Below are positions 9,063 to 16,604 of a stretch of DNA of 32,000 nucleotides, one piece after another. The position numbers and the translations under genes were made by a program. The notes below the pieces were generated by a model that saw only the letters and a list, made by a program, of their open reading frames with translations, did not search any database and was not told the origin of the DNA. The stretch spans positions 1,018-33,017 of the forward strand of contig JADZFV010000392.1 of the NCBI GenBank assembly GCA_020854255.1. Reading direction: 5' to 3'. How positions within the stretch are numbered: the stretch's first letter is position 1; every line of letters starts with the position of its first letter. This stretch comes from Candidatus Melainabacteria bacterium (lineage in GTDB: Bacteria; Cyanobacteriota; Vampirovibrionia; Obscuribacterales; Obscuribacteraceae).

Positions 9063-10165
9063 CTGCCGAGCACGTGTTTCAACGCAGCATCCAGAGTCGA
9101 GTAGCGGTATTCGTATCCTGAATCAATAAGCTGGTTAGATTTTTTTGCTTCGCCTTCGGCGTAAGGCACTGTCAGATCTACATGATCACTGATGGCTTCA
9201 GACAGCATGCAATGCTCGATTGCGGACACGGCGTCATCTACAGCGATCCAATTTTTCGTTTTGCCTTTCCATTTCGGGTCCTCTTTCAATACACCGAAGG
9301 CCGGTGTGAGAACCGCACCGGTGCGAGCAAAAACATATCTGGTTGAAGGACTGCGCAAAAATTCAAAATGTTTCTCCAAACTGATAAATGAGTATTCTCG
9401 CGAATCGAAATCATGCGCCTCTACAAACACATTGATTGGTTTCTTGGATTTTGCCAAAACCGCAGCCAATGCATCTGGCGATTCATTCATTGCAAAGGAA
9501 CTAAAGATTTTGATTACTGCGTCAAACTCATGCCTGGATAGTAACTGCGCACAGCCCTCCAAAGATTCGAGATGGGTATCAATCGTCCTGTTTTTGTTCG
9601 GGGCAAAACTTACACAATGTCCTTGTGTTGCCAGGTAATCCAGGAGCGGGTTGGTCAGGTGAGCTGGTTGCCCAAAAACCAAAACCCTCATTCTGGGACA
9701 CTTGCGGTTTTTCATATAACCGGAAAGGTCCTTTTGAAGGACCTCATGGCGGTAGCGAAACATTCTCAGCAAGTCATAATCGAAATAACGGCCCATAAAA
9801 GGCTCCGAAGCCAGCGCCAGTGGCAGCTCAAAATCAATGTCATCATGCATAGCGCTGCGTCCGTCGGACAGCTTCTCAAAAATATGTTCATGTAGCCAAT
9901 AAGCGAAAGGTCCTTTTATCTGCCGATCGACAAATTTTTTATCGGACTCGAATTCAACGACCTCGAATGCCATATTCATGGGAATACCAAATCGGCGAGC
10001 GACCAGTTCGACCTTAAGCCCCATTTCAAGGCGCTGCGGCAACCCCTTGACTCGGACATCGAGCCAGGGAGGCGTCAGACGCTCGAAGGCTCTCTCCCGC
10101 AAATGCCAGGAAAACAGCTCGCTCACAGGCGCTTCGATGATTGAGTGGCGAACAAAATTTCTCAC
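9059..10165 (-). CDS. SRPBCC domain fused to a shortened TIGR01777 (YfcH/SDR39U1)-like domain with a degenerate NAD site
   Basis: The N-terminal ~150 aa are SRPBCC-like (HSIIEAPVSELFSWHLRERAFERLTPPW). The C-terminal part aligns with YfcH blocks (TRYVFARTGAVLTP, NWIAVDDAVSAIEHCM, LIDSGYEYRYSTLDAALKHVL). The Rossmann position reads VFGQPAHLTN (nt 9650-9679), not GGTGFIG. GTG start. Confidence 0.7.
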   Translation of the reverse strand: MRNFVRHSIIEAPVSELFSWHLRERAFERLTPPWLDVRVKGLPQRLEMGLKVELVARRFGIPMNMAFEVVEFESDKKFVDRQIKGPFAYWLHEHIFEKLSDGRSAMHDDIDFELPLALASEPFMGRYFDYDLLRMFRYRHEVLQKDLSGYMKNRKCPRMRVLVFGQPAHLTNPLLDYLATQGHCVSFAPNKNRTIDTHLESLEGCAQLLSRHEFDAVIKIFSSFAMNESPDALAAVLAKSKKPINVFVEAHDFDSREYSFISLEKHFEFLRSPSTRYVFARTGAVLTPAFGVLKEDPKWKGKTKNWIAVDDAVSAIEHCMLSEAISDHVDLTVPYAEGEAKKSNQLIDSGYEYRYSTLDAALKHVLGS

Positions 10166-10334
10166 AAAGTTGGGCTGAATTTCCCCTCCGTTGGCAATCC
10201 AGTTTAACCCCCGCCGATATTAGATTGCGGAATTTCACCAATGAAGAATGGCAGATGTTAGGCCAGGGTGCATAATTGTAATTGAGTCAGCGGCCTCAAA
10301 CTGCTGACATCGGGGACTATTGGCAATTTGCGGC

Positions 10335-11837
10335 ATGAGTGAGAGCTGGACGAAATACGCTGAAAAGGGAGCTGCCGCATTCCAGGCAGGCGACTTTCCA
10401 GAAGCTGAAAAGATGATGCGGGCCGCCCTTCTGGAGGCCGAGTCGGCGTCTGATCCTCTCACTTTGGCAATTATTCTCGACAACCTGGCGGAAGTCTATT
10501 TCGAGCAGTCCAGATTCCCGGATGCCGAGCCCCTTTATGTTCGCGCCCTTAAATTGCGCGAAGACAATCTCATTCCCGGCCACGAGGACATAGTATCCAG
10601 CCTCAATAATCTTTCGGCTCTCTATTTCTTCATGGGCGAGCACGGCAAAGCCGAGCCTATTTGCAGAAAGGTGACTGCCATGTACGCCAAGGCGCTCGGT
10701 CCGGATCACCCGGAGGTAGCGACAAGCTTGAACAATTTGGGTCTTTTGTACATGGCCCAGAAGAAATACACAGATGCCGAATCGATATTCACCAAGGCAT
10801 TCCGCATCAGGGAGCGCGCGCTGGGACTGGACGACCCCGAAACAGCCTCCTCGCTCCACCAGCTCGGTTTTGCCCTCAAAGAACTGAATAAACTCGAACA
10901 GTCCCGCCAATGCCTGGAAAGAGCGCTGCCGGTGATTGAAAATGCACTCGGCCCGGAATCCAGTGAAGTAGAGTCGATCACAGACTATTTGCTGGACATA
11001 CTGACACTGCAAGGACGCGCGCAGGAATCAGCCCCATATATCGAACGCAAGCTGGCAAGCAAACAAATCACCCTCGGTCCGACCCACCCGGAAGTCGTTG
11101 CTTTGATGAAGCACTTAGGTGACATGTACTTGCAGGAGAAAAAGACCAGCGAAGCGGAGAAATTGTACAAACGCATTCTTTCTATGAAAGAGCGCGCCTT
11201 AGGAAAACAACATCCGGACGTCGCCTCCAGTTTGACCGACCTGGCCAAGGTATATCAAGCCGAGGGTAAATTCGCACAGGCCGAACAGCATTACAAAGAT
11301 TCGCTGGCGATTGCAGAAAGGGTGTTCGGCAACGATCACTTCGAGATGGCCAATCACTTAGGCGATCTCGTCAATTTCTACATTGGCTTCTCGCGTTTTG
11401 CTGTCGCCGAACAGCATGCCAAGCGGCTTCTCGACATGAAGCGCCGCATGCTTGGCGAGTCTGACAGCGGTGTGGATCCAGCCATGTACAGCCTGGCAAT
11501 TTGTTATTTCCAACAAAACAAATTGAAAGAAGCAGAACCGCTTTTCAGAAAATTGATAGAACTCAGAGAGCGCAGTCATGGTGCCGATGATCCACAGGTA
11601 GCGTCATGCCTGTTTCCCTTAGCCGACATTCTCAAACGGCAGCAACTCTATGAAGATGCCGAACCGCTCTATAAGCGCGCTATGGATATTCGCATGAAAA
11701 AACTGGGACCTCAGCATCCGGATGTGGCGATTGTGCTCGAGAGTTATGCGGATCTTTTAGCAAAAACATTCAGAGAGGCGGAAGCCGAGCATATGAAGAA
11801 TTGCGCCCGGGGCATCAACGCCTCGCAAAGAAAATAG
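10335..11837 (+). CDS. Kinesin-light-chain-type TPR repeat protein (TPR_10/TPR_12-like), cytoplasmic
   Basis: About ten ~42-aa repeats of the form ALGPDHPEVATSLNNLGLLYMAQKKYTDAESIFTKAFRIRE. No signal peptide. The ATG at 10335 is preferred over the TTG at 10320. Confidence 0.8.
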   Translation: MSESWTKYAEKGAAAFQAGDFPEAEKMMRAALLEAESASDPLTLAIILDNLAEVYFEQSRFPDAEPLYVRALKLREDNLIPGHEDIVSSLNNLSALYFFMGEHGKAEPICRKVTAMYAKALGPDHPEVATSLNNLGLLYMAQKKYTDAESIFTKAFRIRERALGLDDPETASSLHQLGFALKELNKLEQSRQCLERALPVIENALGPESSEVESITDYLLDILTLQGRAQESAPYIERKLASKQITLGPTHPEVVALMKHLGDMYLQEKKTSEAEKLYKRILSMKERALGKQHPDVASSLTDLAKVYQAEGKFAQAEQHYKDSLAIAERVFGNDHFEMANHLGDLVNFYIGFSRFAVAEQHAKRLLDMKRRMLGESDSGVDPAMYSLAICYFQQNKLKEAEPLFRKLIELRERSHGADDPQVASCLFPLADILKRQQLYEDAEPLYKRAMDIRMKKLGPQHPDVAIVLESYADLLAKTFREAEAEHMKNCARGINASQRK

Positions 11838-13289
11838 ATGGGGACTTCCGCTTCCAGTACCGCGCCTGTCATCGTCTGGTTTCGGCAAGACCTGAGAATA
11901 GACGACAATCCCGCCCTTTCTGCCGCCGCCGAAAGTGGTGCGCCAGTGATACCACTGTTTATCTGGTCTCCGGAAGAAGAAGGCAATTGGGAGCCGGGAG
12001 CAGCCAGCCGCTTTTGGCTCCATCACTCGCTGACCGAATTGACGATATCGCTGGCAAGACTGGGTTCGCCTCTGATAATAAAGCGTGGTTACAGCTTAAG
12101 TGTTCTTCGCGACTTTGCCAAAGAAGTAGGTGCTCATGCGGTTTATTGGAGCCGCCGCTACGAACCAAGCACGATTGTGCGCGATAAAAACTTAAAGGGC
12201 GCGCTTGTAAATGATGGCGTGGACGCACGCAGTTTCAATGCAAATTTATTATTTGAGCCATGGCAGGTCCTAAACGCAAAGAATGAGCCGTACAGAGTTT
12301 TCACCGCTTTTTACAAAGCCGCAACCGCACTTGTTACACCGCCTGCGCCGATCGATCCGCCCAAGAAATTGGTGGCGCCGGTGAAAAAAGTTCGCTCTGT
12401 TGCTATATCTGATCTAATGCTTTTGCCGAAAATCAATTGGACGATGGGCCTGAATGACGCCTGGCAGCCAGGCGAAAAAGGCGCAAAAAAAAATCTGGAA
12501 ATATTTCTGGATGTCCTGAACCGATACGTGCCGGACCGAGATTGCCCCGGTGTAAGCGGCACATCACGCTTGTCGCCGCATTTGCACTTTGGAGAGATCA
12601 GCCCCCGTACTATCTGGCACGCAGTCAGAGACACAGGCAAGGCGGGCGAAAGCAAAACCACTTATCTAAAAGAGCTGGTCTGGCGTGAATTTGCTCACAG
12701 TTTGCTCTATCACTTTCCGCATACGGCCAATTCACCATTGAGACCGGAATTCGAGAGATTCGCATGGCGCAACGATCCAGACCTTTTGGAGAGATGGCAG
12801 AAAGGCGCGACAGGCTATCCTCTTATCGACGCAGGCATGCGCGAGCTCTGGCACACAGGCTGGATGCATAATCGAGTGCGCATGATTGTTGCTTCTTTTC
12901 TGGTCAAAGACTTGCTTTTGCCCTGGCAGCAAGGTGCTGAATGGTTTTGGGACACTCTGGTAGACGCCGATCTGGCCAACAATACATTGGGCTGGCAGTG
13001 GTCAGCGGGTTGCGGCGCCGACGCCGCACCTTATTTTCGGGTTTTCAATCCTGTATTGCAGAGTCAAAAATTCGACCCGGATGGCGAGTATATAAAACGA
13101 TGGGTGCCGGAATTGTCCGGTCTGCCCAAAGCCTGGATCCACCATCCCTGGGATACGCCTAAAGAGGTTCTTAAGGCTGCTGCCATCGAGCTTGGCAAAT
13201 CCTACCCTCAACCAATTGTCGATCACGCCTTTGCACGCCAACGTGCCCTGGAAGCGTTCAAACAACTAAAGCCGGTGGCGGCCAAATAG
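11838..13289 (+). CDS. phrB: Deoxyribodipyrimidine photolyase (class I CPD photolyase / cryptochrome family)
   Basis: VIVWFRQDLRIDDNPAL, TSRLSPHLHFGEIS, GWMHNRVRMIVASFLVKDL, WQWSAGCGADAAPYFRVFNP. The start ATG directly abuts the upstream stop (TAGATG). Confidence 0.9.
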   Translation: MGTSASSTAPVIVWFRQDLRIDDNPALSAAAESGAPVIPLFIWSPEEEGNWEPGAASRFWLHHSLTELTISLARLGSPLIIKRGYSLSVLRDFAKEVGAHAVYWSRRYEPSTIVRDKNLKGALVNDGVDARSFNANLLFEPWQVLNAKNEPYRVFTAFYKAATALVTPPAPIDPPKKLVAPVKKVRSVAISDLMLLPKINWTMGLNDAWQPGEKGAKKNLEIFLDVLNRYVPDRDCPGVSGTSRLSPHLHFGEISPRTIWHAVRDTGKAGESKTTYLKELVWREFAHSLLYHFPHTANSPLRPEFERFAWRNDPDLLERWQKGATGYPLIDAGMRELWHTGWMHNRVRMIVASFLVKDLLLPWQQGAEWFWDTLVDADLANNTLGWQWSAGCGADAAPYFRVFNPVLQSQKFDPDGEYIKRWVPELSGLPKAWIHHPWDTPKEVLKAAAIELGKSYPQPIVDHAFARQRALEAFKQLKPVAAK

Positions 13290-13362
13290 GATTCAATCCA
13301 CATAAGACGCACCGTCAAAATGCCGGACGGGTTCTAACGGATCAAAACCGGTTTGAACGGAT

Positions 13363-13902
13363 TTAGTGCGGCAAAGGAGGGCTCTTTTGAGAAGGAAATA
13401 AATGCAAGTCGGGAGCCGACTCAATTTTATGATTAGCTCTGAAAATGCCCCAGTTCAAAACCAGTGCAAATGACACCCAAAACACGTACGGCAAAAGCAT
13501 CAGTCCGGCTTCAAAGGCAATGTTGGCGAAAGACAAAGTCGTAAACGCCACTGTAAACCAGAGAAGAACGACAGTGACAAAGCCTCCTAACGGATTTTTT
13601 TGACCGAAGAATATAAAGGACCAGGCCATATTCAATAAGAGCTGAAGAGCGAAAAGACTGACGGGAAGTATAACCTGCTCTCTGGTGCCAGTCGTCAAAA
13701 TGGTGGCCAGCGAAATCCCCATGAGGAAATACAGCACTGACCAAACAACGGGAAATACCCAGTCCGGCGGAGTGAATACGGGCTTGTTAATGGTCGGATA
13801 CCAGGTATCGACTGATTTTTCCGTGTAGTGGCCACCTACGGCTGCAGTAATGAAGCACAAGACCACTGATGCGAAAAATACAAATGGCTCGAGCAAATTC
13901 AT
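13363..13902 (-). CDS. tspO: TspO/MBR family tryptophan-rich sensory protein
   Basis: WYPTINKPVFTPPDWVFPVVWSVLYFLMGIS, five TM segments, and NMAWSFIFFG. GAGG lies 7-8 nt upstream of the ATG. Confidence 0.85.
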   Translation of the reverse strand: MNLLEPFVFFASVVLCFITAAVGGHYTEKSVDTWYPTINKPVFTPPDWVFPVVWSVLYFLMGISLATILTTGTREQVILPVSLFALQLLLNMAWSFIFFGQKNPLGGFVTVVLLWFTVAFTTLSFANIAFEAGLMLLPYVFWVSFALVLNWGIFRANHKIESAPDLHLFPSQKSPPLPH

Positions 13903-14057
13903 GACGCAAACCTCACAGGGTTAAGAGCGAATCAAAGTCAGTCACAGTAAGTTTTTAGACGCCAAGGGAATTAGTAAGTTCCGGGTTCCAAATTGAGATT
14001 GCCCAGACACGACCTCCTAGTCCCGGTATTTATCCGTTCAGAAAAGTATTGGGGCTT

Positions 14058-16574
14058 CTAACGCAGCGACTCCAACTGCGCTATTTGCTCTTCCTCATGC
14101 TTCGCTTCTTCATTGAGAGCCAGTTTTTTCAAAGCCTGCAAGAGGGCGCGATGAGCGTCCATTGAGCCGGGATAGAGTTCAACAGCTTTACGAAAACTGG
14201 ATTTTGCTTCTTTGATCGCACCGGCAACCATTTGCGCATCGCCTTGCAGGAGATAGGCAGCCGGGTAATACGGATTCAATTCCAGAGCCCGCTTTGCGTG
14301 ATTGGCCGCAGTCTTGTTGTCTTCTTTGATCAGTGCGATCCGGCCCAGCATTACATATGCTTCCGGAGATTTGACATAACACTCCAGCGCTTTGTTTGCC
14401 GATGCTTCCGCCCCTTTCGTGTCCTTCTTCATCAATTGCAATTCAGACAAGACAAACCAGGCATCGGATTTTTGCTCATAATCGATGTCTTTGAGCTCTG
14501 TAGCTTTTGACGCCACGGATATGGCTTGATCGAGATCGCCTTTGAGGGCAAGCGCCTTGGCTCGAGTCTGCATTGCTTCTGCCATGTGCCTGGGATAAAT
14601 AGAAGAGAGATCTTCCGGCAAAAGCACCAGTGCTTCGTTGAAACCACCAGCCTTAACCAGTGCGTCGGCTACAGCTACGGTCTCTCGTGGCTTCTCTTCT
14701 TTGCCGAGTTTTTCATACGCAGCAAGCAGGTTCTGGCCTGATTGTTTGGTCAGATCGCGCATCGCTTTTGCTTTGGCCAGCATGAATGCGTCGAAATTAC
14801 CCTGTTGAGTATTCCTTGTCGCCAGGCTTATGGACTCATACTGGGTAGTTGCATCCGCATAACGCCCTTCCGCAAACAATAGTCCGGCCAGTGAGCGCAT
14901 CAAATCAAACTTGCTGGGTCCGGTCTGTTGATTGGCAGGGGTCAACTGCTGCAGCGCCAACGCCGTGACGAAGGCGGCTTCAGCTTTCATAAATTCGTCG
15001 TCTTCTGCGTAGCAAAAGCCGAGGGCGGACAAATCAGTGACGGAGGTGGGATTGATATTGAGAGCGTTGGTATACGCTCTTTCAGCCGACGACCAGTCCT
15101 TCTTACCTATGTATATTGCACCTAACCGGCGCCAGGGCTCGGGGTCGGTATTGGTCATTGCGGCCGCTTCCTTATACTGTTCTATAGCTTCTTCGGTTCT
15201 TTTAGCCAACGTAAGTGCATAGGCAAATTCCAGACGATAGCGGATATCTTTGGGCTTACGCTCCATCATGCGTCTGCCTTCAGCGACCATGTCGTCATAA
15301 CGCTTCTCTTGCGCCAGAATTCTATTCAGCTTGTCGTGAGCAGTTTGATTGTCGGGCTCCAGCTTCAATGCTGCGGTCAAATTCTCGGCAGCGCGATTGT
15401 TGTTGCCGGCCAGTACATTCATATTGGACAGCTCGACCAGTTCAAAAGCCTTGTCTTTACTGAGGTCTACAGCTTTCTGTTGATCCACGATAGCGCCATT
15501 GAGATTGCCCTGAAAGCTTTTTATGGTAGCGCGACTTCTAAAAAAACGAGGATTGGTGGCATCGATGTCGATGGCCTTCTTCAAGACACCGAGCGCATCT
15601 CTCAAGCGCCACTGCTCTGTGTAGATCTGGGCCAGGCGATAGTGAGTGGATGCTTGTTTGGGTGCGGCTTTGATGGCCCTTTTCGCCACATCGATAGCAC
15701 CGTCGAAGTCGTTTTTGGAAAGGCGAAGATCAACAAGGGCATCTTGAGCTTCCGTCATGCCCGGCTCAATTTCAAGCGCTTTTGCATACGCTTCTTCGGC
15801 TCTGCCGATGTCCTCCAGCCAGCGCTGCTGCAAATAACCGAGTGTGCGGAATCCCCAGGCAAACTGCGGATCAAGCTCTACGGACTTCTGGCAGTAGGCT
15901 GCCGCTGCAGTTGCTTTTCCTTGCTTGGCAGTGACCAGCGCCAAGGCGAAATTTGCCAGCGGATCGCCACCAAATTGCGGCGGCAGGGTCAAAAGAAGTT
16001 TTTCCGCTGCTTCGAATTTACCGTCCAGAGTCTGGTTGAATGCTTTGATCAAAAGCGCATAAGGGCTTTCGGGAGCTTTTTTTTCGGCATTGTCTGCCAG
16101 TTTCTTCAATTCGTCGCTCTTGCCAAGGAAAAGATAAGCAAACGCCAACCAGGCATTATCGCGATTGACGTCCTTTTCTTTCTTGACTCTTGATTCCAGC
16201 TGCCGGCTGGCTTCGCGCCAGCGCCCCTGGTTTATCAGTGTGGCGATCGAGCCGGGCAGGCCAATCACGGATTGCGGCAGATCTTCTTTGCTCGGCGCGA
16301 CTACTTGGGCTTGTGATTTATCTTCTGACTTAGCCTTTTTATCCGATTTGCTTTTCTCTTTCGGTTTTAAGTCGGCGGTCTTGCCGGCTTTCTCTACTTT
16401 TTCCTTCTTTTCGACCTTTGCTTTTTTCTCAGTCTTTTGCGTGCTCTTGGCTTCAGCTTCACCGATCGACGGCGACAGTGCCGGACAGAGCAATGTCAGG
16501 CTCAACGCCAGACACAAAGCCTGGACGCCTGTGCGCTTCTCTCGGGTTTCACTTTCATTCGATGAGTTTTTCAA
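14058..16574 (-). CDS. Large secreted TPR repeat protein with an N-terminal Lys-rich tract
   Basis: Signal peptide ALCLALSLTLLCPALSPSIGEAEA, then KSTQKTEKKAKVEKKEKVEKAGK..KSKSDKKAKSEDK, then more than 15 TPR-like repeats (AYAKALEIEPGMTEA, ALKLEPDNQTAH, ALELNPYYPAAYLLQG). The TTG start has GAGGAG 6 nt upstream and lies 30 nt downstream of the mutS stop. Confidence 0.8.
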   Translation of the reverse strand: MKNSSNESETREKRTGVQALCLALSLTLLCPALSPSIGEAEAKSTQKTEKKAKVEKKEKVEKAGKTADLKPKEKSKSDKKAKSEDKSQAQVVAPSKEDLPQSVIGLPGSIATLINQGRWREASRQLESRVKKEKDVNRDNAWLAFAYLFLGKSDELKKLADNAEKKAPESPYALLIKAFNQTLDGKFEAAEKLLLTLPPQFGGDPLANFALALVTAKQGKATAAAAYCQKSVELDPQFAWGFRTLGYLQQRWLEDIGRAEEAYAKALEIEPGMTEAQDALVDLRLSKNDFDGAIDVAKRAIKAAPKQASTHYRLAQIYTEQWRLRDALGVLKKAIDIDATNPRFFRSRATIKSFQGNLNGAIVDQQKAVDLSKDKAFELVELSNMNVLAGNNNRAAENLTAALKLEPDNQTAHDKLNRILAQEKRYDDMVAEGRRMMERKPKDIRYRLEFAYALTLAKRTEEAIEQYKEAAAMTNTDPEPWRRLGAIYIGKKDWSSAERAYTNALNINPTSVTDLSALGFCYAEDDEFMKAEAAFVTALALQQLTPANQQTGPSKFDLMRSLAGLLFAEGRYADATTQYESISLATRNTQQGNFDAFMLAKAKAMRDLTKQSGQNLLAAYEKLGKEEKPRETVAVADALVKAGGFNEALVLLPEDLSSIYPRHMAEAMQTRAKALALKGDLDQAISVASKATELKDIDYEQKSDAWFVLSELQLMKKDTKGAEASANKALECYVKSPEAYVMLGRIALIKEDNKTAANHAKRALELNPYYPAAYLLQGDAQMVAGAIKEAKSSFRKAVELYPGSMDAHRALLQALKKLALNEEAKHEEEQIAQLESLR

Positions 16575-16604
16575 CTTGAGCTCCTCAGCATCTTTACTTC
16601 AATT

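Noticed and set aside
10317-11012. A 231-aa ORF on the - strand, antisense to the KLC-type TPR gene
   Set aside because: The + strand frame shows about ten regular TPR_12-like repeats. The antisense product has no motif or RBS.
13336-13362. An AAACCGGTTT palindrome flanked by AACGGAT direct repeats between convergent phr and tspO
   Set aside because: The 10-bp palindrome leaves no loop and has no T-run, so it is not a credible intrinsic terminator. The repeats are 7 bp and could be chance.
15309-16193. A 294-aa ORF on the + strand, antisense to the 838-aa TPR gene
   Set aside because: It lies entirely inside a gene with a clear repeat architecture, signal peptide and RBS on the other strand. 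Its translation is low-complexity and lacks motifs or an RBS. It is a typical shadow ORF.
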